The position numbers and the translations under genes are program-made. The notes beneath the pieces are model-generated. The model made no database searches. It was given only the letters and a program-made list of their open reading frames with translations, and was not told the origin of the DNA. From Candidatus Heimdallarchaeota archaeon (GTDB lineage: Archaea; Asgardarchaeota; Heimdallarchaeia; Heimdallarchaeales; Kariarchaeaceae), in NCBI GenBank assembly GCA_015523565.1, contig WAKA01000097.1:1-25301 (forward strand): a stretch of 25,301 nucleotides of DNA. The letters run 5' to 3'. Position 1 is the stretch's first letter; the number at the start of each line of letters is the position of its first letter. This document shows, piece by piece, positions 15,908-23,659 of this stretch.

Positions 15908-17167
15908 ATGAGCATTGCAACTTTGGAATACGCAGAGCAGATGGATAAACAGGACAAGATAAAACAATTCAGGGATAGGTTTTTTATTCCAAAAACAATT
16001 GAAGGGGAAGAAGTAATATATTTCTGTGGGAATTCATTAGGGTTACAACCAAAAGAGGTATCATCAATTATTGATGAAGAGTTGGAGTCATGGAGAAATA
16101 ATGCGGTAAAAGGGCATTTTCAAGGAACAAAGTGGGCAACAATGCATGAAGAGGTTGCATCATTGTCAGCACCGATTATTGGGGCGAAAAAAGAGGAAAT
16201 CGCCATCATGAATACATTAACTGTAAATCTGCATTTATTGATGGTATCATTTTACAGGCCGACTCAAAAAAGACATAAGGTTTTGATAGAATCTGATGCA
16301 TTTCCAAGTGACAAATATGCGATTAAATCACAAATAAAATACCATGGATTTGATCCAGCTGAATCACTCATCGAAGTAAGACCAAAACAAAAAGGGGAAG
16401 TACTTGATCAAGAGCTGATTTTTGACGCAATTGCAAAAGCGGGAGATGAACTTGCCCTCATATTAATCGGAGGGATAAACTATTATACAGGTCAAATTTT
16501 TGATATGGAGAAAATCACAAGAAAGGGGCATGAGGTAGGGGCTGTTGTGGGATTTGATTTGGCACATGCTTTTGCAAATATCCCATTGCATTTGCATGAT
16601 TGGGATGTGGATTTTGCAGCTTGGTGCAATTATAAATATGCAAATGGTGGTCCAGGGGCAATTGCAGGCATATTTATTCATGAAAAGCATTTTGGGAAAA
16701 GCCTTCCGAGATTTGAAGGATGGTGGGGGAATAGAAAAGAAACCAGATTTTTGATGAAAGATGACATTGAACCTGCACAAGGTGCAGAAGGTTGGCAAAT
16801 TTCGAATGCACCAACATTGTCCTTAGCTCCATTGAAGGGGTCTCTTAAGATAATCAATGAAGCAGGAATGGAAAACCTTCGCAGAAAAAGCATTGAATTA
16901 ACAGGGTATTTGTCATCTCTTATATCCCAAATTGGAGATGAGAGAGTTTATGTGACCCCAACAGATCCAAATGAAAGAGGATGTCAAATCAGCATCCATA
17001 TCAAGGAAAATGGGAAAACGTTATTTGAAAAGATTTCAAAAAGAGGGGTAATTTGTGATTGGAGGGAACCTGATGTTATTAGGGTGGCACCAACACCACT
17101 TTATAATACGTTTAGAGAAGTTTTTAATTTTTATCGGATTTTCAAAGAGGAATTGGAAACACTCTAA
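15908..17167 (+). CDS. kynU: Kynureninase
   Basis: YFCGNSLGLQP, MNTLTVNLHLLMVSFYRPT, FPSD, FDLAHA, WCNYKYANGGPG (PLP Lys), GWWG, RGCQ, DWREP, RVAPTPLYN. Confidence 0.97.
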   Translation: MSIATLEYAEQMDKQDKIKQFRDRFFIPKTIEGEEVIYFCGNSLGLQPKEVSSIIDEELESWRNNAVKGHFQGTKWATMHEEVASLSAPIIGAKKEEIAIMNTLTVNLHLLMVSFYRPTQKRHKVLIESDAFPSDKYAIKSQIKYHGFDPAESLIEVRPKQKGEVLDQELIFDAIAKAGDELALILIGGINYYTGQIFDMEKITRKGHEVGAVVGFDLAHAFANIPLHLHDWDVDFAAWCNYKYANGGPGAIAGIFIHEKHFGKSLPRFEGWWGNRKETRFLMKDDIEPAQGAEGWQISNAPTLSLAPLKGSLKIINEAGMENLRRKSIELTGYLSSLISQIGDERVYVTPTDPNERGCQISIHIKENGKTLFEKISKRGVICDWREPDVIRVAPTPLYNTFREVFNFYRIFKEELETL

Positions 17168-17233
17168 ATTTCACCTCGAAATGTATAAATAGCTGACATA
17201 TTATAGTGTATTGCAATATTTGGAGGAATTTTC

Positions 17234-18397
17234 ATTAAGTATGCCATATCACTTTTGATATTAATATTCCCTTTTGGACTTTCAATGCTTCCAGTTTATG
17301 GAACTGTTGATTATTCGAGTTTTGTGAATCAGCAGTTTTCGCCAACAGCACCATTTAATCAGAGAATTGTGGATAATCCAAAAATTGACCCCAACTCTAA
17401 ACAGATTATTGATCTTCTGGCCACAAATCAAGCAGGAGAATTTGGTTTTATTATTGGTGTCGCAGGATGGACCTATCCCATTTATTTCTCTGATGCGAAT
17501 ACACCAAAATATGATGTCCCATTAACTGAAAAATATAATGAAAACGACACGTTGTATGGAGTCCCAATCCCGAATGGGGCTCAACCAGATCCTCAAGATG
17601 ATGGGCATTTGGTTGTCATCGATTTGGAGAATCGAATTGAGTACGACATGTGGCAAGCCAAGCAAGTAAATGGAAAATGGAAGGCTTCATGGGGAAACAA
17701 GATTTCCCTTGATTCTGATGGTATCTACAAATATGGTTATTCTGCAAGGGGATCGGGATTTGCAGCCTCTATGGGCTTGGTATGGCCAGAAGAGATTCAA
17801 CAAGGGAAAATCAATCATGCCTTGTTTTTTTCATTGGATGATTTTCTTGTGAAAGGTGGAGGTCCAGTCAGGCCTGCATCTGAGAGTGATGGAGGATCAA
17901 CAGAGCAATATGCCCTCCCAGAGGGTGGAAGAATTCAATTGGATCCAAGTATTGATGTAGACAGTCTTGCATTATCTCCAGCAGAAAAAGTCATTGCAAA
18001 AGCAATGCAGGAATATGGAATGATTTTAGGTGACAATGGTGGAGGAATACAATTGTATGCCGCTAGACCCAATAATTATGATTGGGGGAACACATTTGGA
18101 GAGGTAGATGAATTGGACGGATTTGCATATCTTTTCAATGGGGAAATTTCAATAAAAGATTTTAGAGTATTACAATTGGGTTGCCAATTTGAAGCGCCAA
18201 TCTCGCCTGGTCAAAACCTTCCAAGTTACCACATGTACAAGGAAGGAGAAGAAGTATCAGAAGACTGTTCAAATTTAGGAACGCCAACAAGTTTTATAGG
18301 CGATGGGGGAGATGATGACCTTCCAATAGAATTTTGGACAATATTTTCGACCTTTGTTGCCATTATTTTGATTAAGAGAAAACACAACTATTGGTAA
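17234..18397 (+). CDS. Secreted/surface protein of unknown function with C-terminal membrane anchor
   Basis: Signal-like N-terminus (true start may be ATT 17234 or TTG 17255); conserved-looking motifs PIP.GA.PD, DGHLVVID, EYDMWQA, GKINHAL, EGGRIQL, AMQEYGMILGDNGG; C-terminal LPIEF + TM helix + KRK. Confidence 0.75.
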   Translation: MKYAISLLILIFPFGLSMLPVYGTVDYSSFVNQQFSPTAPFNQRIVDNPKIDPNSKQIIDLLATNQAGEFGFIIGVAGWTYPIYFSDANTPKYDVPLTEKYNENDTLYGVPIPNGAQPDPQDDGHLVVIDLENRIEYDMWQAKQVNGKWKASWGNKISLDSDGIYKYGYSARGSGFAASMGLVWPEEIQQGKINHALFFSLDDFLVKGGGPVRPASESDGGSTEQYALPEGGRIQLDPSIDVDSLALSPAEKVIAKAMQEYGMILGDNGGGIQLYAARPNNYDWGNTFGEVDELDGFAYLFNGEISIKDFRVLQLGCQFEAPISPGQNLPSYHMYKEGEEVSEDCSNLGTPTSFIGDGGDDDLPIEFWTIFSTFVAIILIKRKHNYW

Positions 18398-18855
18398 TAA
18401 AATTTATTTGGTTTGCCAGAAATTTGATAGACATTGGGATGTGAAGCCGCCAATTCCCTAGCAGACTGACGGCAAGTTGCATCAGGAATATCCAATTCAC
18501 GTGCGATTTCCACAGTAGAGAAACGTTCACCAGGATGGGTTTGCAAGAATTGCAGAATTCGCTCTTTTGAAGTCATTTTAGGTTGTCTTTGTTTCTTGAT
18601 TTTTTCAGATGATTTTTCAGTTAACATAGACAATTTTTTTTCGAGATCTTCTACTTTTTTTGTAAGGGTATCGATGGTTATTGATAGAGGTTCATCTATG
18701 GAAAAATCATCGATTGTGGACTTTTCACCGAAATATTCCAATTTACGTTTTTCCATGTATTTTTTTACATCGTCGAAAAGCTCAATGGGAACACGAAGGT
18801 TGCGATAGCCACTCCATACTTTTACGGGACCTTTTCTGGCAGGATTTCGGGACAT
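18388..18855 (-). CDS. Putative DNA-binding protein: RHH-like N-terminus, coiled coil, C-terminal winged HTH
   Basis: RNLRVPIELFDDVKKYME (RHH-like strand-helix); IDTLTKKVEDLEKKLSML (coiled coil); KERILQFL...FSTVEIARELDIPDATCRQSARELA (wHTH). Confidence 0.7.
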   Translation of the reverse strand: MSRNPARKGPVKVWSGYRNLRVPIELFDDVKKYMEKRKLEYFGEKSTIDDFSIDEPLSITIDTLTKKVEDLEKKLSMLTEKSSEKIKKQRQPKMTSKERILQFLQTHPGERFSTVEIARELDIPDATCRQSARELAASHPNVYQISGKPNKFYYQ

Positions 18856-18872
18856 TTATAGGGGCACCACGA

Positions 18873-18908
18873 TGTATTCAAACGATACAATGTATACAAT
18901 ATATTTAA
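18873..18908. promoter_or_regulatory. TGTAT/ATACA inverted-repeat cluster beside a TATA-like box upstream of the RHH-wHTH gene
   Basis: TGTAT 18873, ATACA 18885, TGTAT 18891, ATACA 18894; TTAAATATAT on the minus strand at ~18899-18908. Confidence 0.4.
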
Positions 18909-18939
18909 CTTTTCTGGATGGGAAGAAAGTATTTGAATC

Positions 18940-19938
18940 TTAGTTTTTTTCATAAACAATTTTAAGTGCGATGGGTTTTGCCAACCTTTCATCGGATACA
19001 AATATTTTCTCACCTTCAGCCAATGTCATGGTATCATTATCAGTTAATATTTTGCCCTTAGACATAAGAATTGGGGAGGCAAGTCCTAGAGCGAGGGCAA
19101 TTCGATGTCTGAGGTCTTTTACCAGCTCATTTTCAAATGCCAAAATTTCTTGGGTTTCAACGTTGAATTTGGTGCCACACATGGGACAATTTTCGTTTCT
19201 TTTCAATTTTATTGTAGTAAATGCGCCATGTAAACCATCATAGAACAGATAGTTCTGAATAGGTTTGCCAATGCCCATAATTAATTTGATTAGTTCTTGT
19301 GACATCAGACCACCGATTATAGAGGAGAGGGTTGAAACAGAAGGTATAGGGGGTTCGGTTTTTTCTTCGAGAAGATCCTTTCTTGCGTCACCCAAAGGAG
19401 AACAAGCCTGAGAAAGTTTTTCTTGAGAAATCAGAGGTTGACATTCAAAACAGGGAGTTTCATAGGGAATGATGGTCTGAACATTTCCTAAAAATCCATA
19501 CATTCCACCGCTTACCATGGGTTTTCTTTCTCTAACAGCAAGTGAATTGGCCCATCTTCTGCCCCTGAACGTATCCAAACAAGAAGCAATTGCAGACACA
19601 TCTGCAAGTTGGGCACTGGTCAATTTCCTCATATCTTTTGGAAAAGGGACAATTTGTACGTCGGGATTGAGCATTCTCAATTTTTCAGCAGCTACATCCG
19701 CTTTATTTTTACCAACATCGTCTATTGAGAATAGCAATTGACGATTGAGATTACTCATTTCAATTGTATCAAAATCAACTAAAGTCAACTTACCAATGCC
19801 TGCAAGGGTAAGGTTTGTAGATACATAGGTTCCAAGGGCACCCACCCCCAAAACAAGGACGTGTGAGGAAGAAAATAATTCCTGATTCCATTCAGGCATT
19901 AATTTTTGACGGTGATACCTATCAGAAGTTAAGTCCAT
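18940..19938 (-). CDS. Ubiquitin-activating enzyme E1 (ThiF family, Uba3-like, with C-terminal ubiquitin-fold domain)
   Basis: RYHRQ, VLVLGVGALG, DFDTIEMSNLNRQLLF, KA, CLD, PCFEC, putative catalytic Cys in QACS, CPMCG; C-terminal ~75-aa domain ending LAEGEKIFVSDERLAKPIALKIVY. Likely start is ATG 19938. Confidence 0.9.
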   Translation of the reverse strand: MDLTSDRYHRQKLMPEWNQELFSSSHVLVLGVGALGTYVSTNLTLAGIGKLTLVDFDTIEMSNLNRQLLFSIDDVGKNKADVAAEKLRMLNPDVQIVPFPKDMRKLTSAQLADVSAIASCLDTFRGRRWANSLAVRERKPMVSGGMYGFLGNVQTIIPYETPCFECQPLISQEKLSQACSPLGDARKDLLEEKTEPPIPSVSTLSSIIGGLMSQELIKLIMGIGKPIQNYLFYDGLHGAFTTIKLKRNENCPMCGTKFNVETQEILAFENELVKDLRHRIALALGLASPILMSKGKILTDNDTMTLAEGEKIFVSDERLAKPIALKIVYEKN

Positions 19939-20173
19939 AACCACCTTCAGTACGTGTAATTAAATAACATTTATCACCGTCAACCATTCCAATTGTCTTT
20001 ATTGTTTCACTATCATCTAGTTGCTGTCCCCTGAAAACAACAATAACAGTGCTGGCAGGGATTCTTTTCTGTTTTGCAACCATTGATTTTACTTTAGCAA
20101 TAGTGTCATGGGGCTCTACGTCAAGAACAATTGGAGCACCCCCTCCAATAGCAGAAACTACTTCGATTTTCAT
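19922..20173 (-). CDS. Eukaryote-type ubiquitin-like protein precursor (Gly-Gly followed by a YGLNF propeptide)
   Basis: IVLDVEPHDTIAKVK...IP...VVFRGQQLDD..TI...TRTEGG aligns with ubiquitin ITLEVEPSDTIENVK...IP...LIFAGKQLED..TL...LRLRGG. Confidence 0.93.
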   Translation of the reverse strand: MKIEVVSAIGGGAPIVLDVEPHDTIAKVKSMVAKQKRIPASTVIVVFRGQQLDDSETIKTIGMVDGDKCYLITRTEGGYGLNF

Positions 20174-20258
20174 AATTTTATTTGTTTTTTCTTCACCTAT
20201 AAATTAATCTGAATTGCAACTCAAGATTGCATACCTACACATTTTTTTTTACCCACAG

Positions 20259-20801
20259 TTACAGGTCTTTGAATTCTTCTTTTCGAGTCCCTTTTGTACC
20301 CAACCCCAATGAAATTTCAGCATTTGGGAATTTTTGGTAGAGGACATCTGTTCCAAGAAATTCAGCGAGGAATATTCCTATTGCGGCTATCTCACTATGG
20401 GGTTGCAATCCAATTGCAGTATTGAAATCTGCAAGTTCATAAATTTTTGGAGGCACCTTTGCACCACCAACTACCAAGAGAATATCTTTGTCGGGGAATT
20501 TTTTCAAGGTGGATATGGTATCCTTGTGATGTTCCCCAAACATAGTAAGATGGACAACCAAACCGTCCCAACTGTTGATGTATCTTGTTGCGCTTTGTTC
20601 ATAGGTGACATCAAGTTCCCCACCCCATCGTTTTGATACGCGTTTCAGAGATTGCTCCAGATTTTCGTCTTTTTCGCCAGTATACGCATAGGAAGTGCAT
20701 CCAAACGCTCTTCCAGTAAGACCGACATGGGTTGAGATTCTTTGATCCCTGAAGACGCGATGATCCAAACGCAATATTCCAATTTTTCGGCTATTATTCA
20801 T
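20259..20801 (-). CDS. trm56: tRNA (cytidine(56)-2'-O)-methyltransferase
   Basis: LRLDHRVFRDQRISTHVGLTGRAFG, VHLTMFG, VVGGAKVP, ADFNTAIGLQPHSEIAA. Confidence 0.95.
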   Translation of the reverse strand: MNNSRKIGILRLDHRVFRDQRISTHVGLTGRAFGCTSYAYTGEKDENLEQSLKRVSKRWGGELDVTYEQSATRYINSWDGLVVHLTMFGEHHKDTISTLKKFPDKDILLVVGGAKVPPKIYELADFNTAIGLQPHSEIAAIGIFLAEFLGTDVLYQKFPNAEISLGLGTKGTRKEEFKDL

Positions 20802-21474
20802 ATACAACAGTACCCCTTTGTTCACCATTTATTACGTCAATTATATTTTCAGGGTTTGAGCCATTTACAAAACATAGCCTAATATGGGATCTTTGGACTA
20901 TTTTTGCCCCAACAAGATCGAATAGAGCATATCCAGTTGGTTTTTGCTCTAGTGTATTGATTATTTCAATGAATTCAGAATAAGTCAATCGTTGGTAAGG
21001 ATTTGCATCAGGGTGTTGTGAGGGGTCTTTGTCATAAACAAAGTCAATGTTAGAACAATTGAAGAGCCAGTCTGCACCAGTCAATTCTGCAACAAGGGCG
21101 GCTACAGCATTTGTAGATTGCCCAGGCTGGATGCCACCCACAAAGACCAGTTCGTGAGTAGAAAGAGCGACCTGAAGTTCATCAAAACTTGTTGGGGGAT
21201 TAGGATATGCCTCTGGAAAAGCGCTTTGGAAGAGTCGGGCATTCATGCGGGATGCTTCAATGCCAAGCTTGTCCTGTATTGTATAAGAGGCACCCAATTC
21301 TTTTGCTACCTTGGAATATTCCCTTGCAGGTGCACCACCTCCAACAACCACCCCAACAGAATGTCCTTGTATTCTGAGCCTATTGATTAGGTCAACATAT
21401 TTTTTTAGGCGAGAAGTGAGAACTTTTCCATTTTCAAAAAGAATGCTTCCACCAATCTTTAAGACGAGTTTCAC
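20794..21474 (-). CDS. pyrH: Uridylate kinase (archaeal type)
   Basis: LVLKIGGS, VVVGGGAPAREY, DKLGIEASRMNA, PGQSTNAVAA, VYDKDP. Likely start is GTG 21474. Confidence 0.95.
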   Translation of the reverse strand: MKLVLKIGGSILFENGKVLTSRLKKYVDLINRLRIQGHSVGVVVGGGAPAREYSKVAKELGASYTIQDKLGIEASRMNARLFQSAFPEAYPNPPTSFDELQVALSTHELVFVGGIQPGQSTNAVAALVAELTGADWLFNCSNIDFVYDKDPSQHPDANPYQRLTYSEFIEIINTLEQKPTGYALFDLVGAKIVQRSHIRLCFVNGSNPENIIDVINGEQRGTVVYE

Positions 21475-21559
21475 AAGTGCACATTGTTGTAGGGGGTAAA
21501 AATATTGACTTCCATGACTCAAGAAAGAAATGGATTTTAAGAAAAGAATAAGAATTTAT

Positions 21560-22087
21560 TTATCGACGCTTGATTTCAACAACATCTCCAAATGTAAGCT
21601 TTTTAGTGCTTTCTTTTGCCAAGAATTCAGGATCTACAATGTCATCTTCAAAGAGGGAGATATGTAAAACCCGTTCAAGTTTTTTGGCTTCATTGTCTGT
21701 GGGTTTGAGTTTACCGCTTTCAAATGATGCAATTTGCGAAGTGGAAATGCCTGTCTTTGCGGCAAGGTCTTGGCGAGACATTTTCATTTTGTTTCGGGCA
21801 CTCATTATTTTGGATGGATAGTTGTCAATAAGTGTTTTTTCACCGCTTGGTTTTCTGGGGACATATTTCTTTGTTGGCCCCTTGACAGATTGTGTTCTTC
21901 TTCTAAAAGATGGAGAAGAGGAAGTTGATGAAGAAATTTTGACTGTTTTCTTTGGTGCCTCTACAATTTTTCCAAATTGTTTGCATTTGGAACAGACAGT
22001 AAGCAATGCACCTTCAACTTTTATGGTATAGGGGTCACCCCTTACCTCATTTCCACAAAATTCACAGATGATGGTATTCTTTCTCAT
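21560..22087 (-). CDS. mbf1: Archaeal multiprotein bridging factor aMBF1
   Basis: CEFCG...VEGALLTVCSKC zinc ribbon; Cro-type HTH (MSRQDLAAKTGIS...FESGKLKP); C-terminal LTFGDVVEIK. Confidence 0.93.
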   Translation of the reverse strand: MRKNTIICEFCGNEVRGDPYTIKVEGALLTVCSKCKQFGKIVEAPKKTVKISSSTSSSPSFRRRTQSVKGPTKKYVPRKPSGEKTLIDNYPSKIMSARNKMKMSRQDLAAKTGISTSQIASFESGKLKPTDNEAKKLERVLHISLFEDDIVDPEFLAKESTKKLTFGDVVEIKRR

Positions 22088-22144
22088 ATGGGGTCTAAGA
22101 AAAATGTAGATGTTTTGGTATAAAAAAACTAGCCTTTCCCCACC

Positions 22145-23428
22145 TTATTCAGATGAATAAAGTCCATTTGGAGTGATCTCAAAAACAGCCTCATTTTCAC
22201 CAAGAACAGGGCTATCAAATACACGAATTACTCTTTTCTCACCTTTTGATTTCCTTAGGTAAAAACGTGTGCCTGCCCAATGCCCCATGATGTTGCCGCC
22301 GACTGCTGTGGTTGGATCACCAAAGAATTGGGCTGGATTTGCCTGAACTTGGTTGGTGACAACAACAGCCACATTATAGGTATCTGCAAGCCTGTGAAGG
22401 CTGTTCAGGTGGGCATTGAGGATCTGTTGCCTTTCTGCGAGCGTCCCCCTTCCAGCATACTCTGCTCTGAAATGAGCCGTAACCGAGTCAACTATGACAA
22501 TTCCATATTCTTCAGGATCTTGACTCATCATTTCTAAAAGTTTAATGGCAATTGCCTGTTGAACATCGCTATTTTTTGCTCTTGCATACATTACGTCTTT
22601 CAATATTTCCTTGGTATCCTTTTTCCATCCTTTTTCTTGCTTGAACCTTTCTGCAATTTGCATTATTCGTGCAGGTGAAAAAGTTCCTTCTGTATCAATA
22701 TAGATTGCTTTTTTGCCTAAGCCACCCAATTCAACAGGAAGTTGGACTGTCACGGCAAGTTGGTGGCAAAGTTGTGATTTTCCGGATCTGAATGCTCCAA
22801 AAAACTCATATGTTTCCCCTGCCCTGATGCCACCATTACCAAGTTCAGGGATAAAGGTAAGGGTATCAAGGGATTCAATACCAAAAGTGAATGATTGAGA
22901 TGTCCTTTGTTTTTCCAAAACTTCCAAGGCATTAGTGAAAAATCCGCCCCTGATATTTTCGGCGATATATGCTTGATATTTCATGGCTGCATTTGCAGTC
23001 AATCCATATCGTTCTTCCAATTCCTTGACAGGGGTCGTTTCCAAAAGACCAACACTTATCCCTTTTTCACGGAGGGCTTTTGCAGTTGTTGGTCCAATTC
23101 CTTCAATGTCCTCAAGACTGAGTTCCTCCTTGTAATCAGGAAATTCATCAGGAAAAAGGTCATGAATTGTAGCACGCAATTTTTTAGCGGCAGGACGAGT
23201 GATCCCCAAATTTTCTAGTTCAGCAAGTTTTTTCTGCATAAGATCATAAGGAGAGTGAATTCCTCCCTCTTCGAGTAGTTTTGCAGTTTTAGGGCCTAAT
23301 CCAGGGACATCAAGTAACCTCATAGATTTGGAGGAAAATGTCTTCTTCTCTTTTTCAGTTGGTTCCAATGCATCGATGGGATTTCCAGCTTCGATGACAA
23401 CTGCTTCTGCATCTGATTTCTTTGCCAT
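22145..23428 (-). CDS. radA: DNA repair and recombination protein RadA with duplicated N-terminal HhH domain
   Basis: GAFRSGKSQLCHQLAVTVQLP, YIDTEGTF, IVDSVTAHFRAEYAGRGTLAERQQ, TNQV, GGNIMGH; FTNA polymerisation motif; two HhH units (VPGLGPKTA and IEGIGPTTA). Confidence 0.95.
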   Translation of the reverse strand: MAKKSDAEAVVIEAGNPIDALEPTEKEKKTFSSKSMRLLDVPGLGPKTAKLLEEGGIHSPYDLMQKKLAELENLGITRPAAKKLRATIHDLFPDEFPDYKEELSLEDIEGIGPTTAKALREKGISVGLLETTPVKELEERYGLTANAAMKYQAYIAENIRGGFFTNALEVLEKQRTSQSFTFGIESLDTLTFIPELGNGGIRAGETYEFFGAFRSGKSQLCHQLAVTVQLPVELGGLGKKAIYIDTEGTFSPARIMQIAERFKQEKGWKKDTKEILKDVMYARAKNSDVQQAIAIKLLEMMSQDPEEYGIVIVDSVTAHFRAEYAGRGTLAERQQILNAHLNSLHRLADTYNVAVVVTNQVQANPAQFFGDPTTAVGGNIMGHWAGTRFYLRKSKGEKRVIRVFDSPVLGENEAVFEITPNGLYSSE

Positions 23429-23659
23429 GAAAATACCTCATATTAATTAGGGAGATTAAAAGGTTTAAACTTACGTTTGGGACGGGGGGGTGCTTAAAAG
23501 TGAAAAAAAGGGAATGGAGAGATAAAACTTGAACTTTAGCAGGCAAACATTCAAAAATTCGAAGGGTATTGATTTAAAGAGATTTCAAAGTAATTTTTTT
23601 GCTTTTGTTAATTTAAGTTCGGAAATGCAATTAAGCATATCATCATAAATACATTTGAG

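Noticed and set aside
18388-18580. Z-alpha (Z-DNA-binding) domain
   Set aside because: The wHTH spacing and GKPNKF wing resemble Z-alpha, but the diagnostic Asn, Tyr and Trp residues are absent.
18940-20173. ThiS/MoaD/SAMP plus MoeB sulfur-carrier pair
   Set aside because: The modifier aligns with ubiquitin proper, the E1 has a UFD-like tail, and no cofactor-biosynthesis genes are adjacent.
22145-23428. Intein explaining the long RadA proteins
   Set aside because: The ATPase cores are uninterrupted; the extra length is terminal, with no intein splice motifs.
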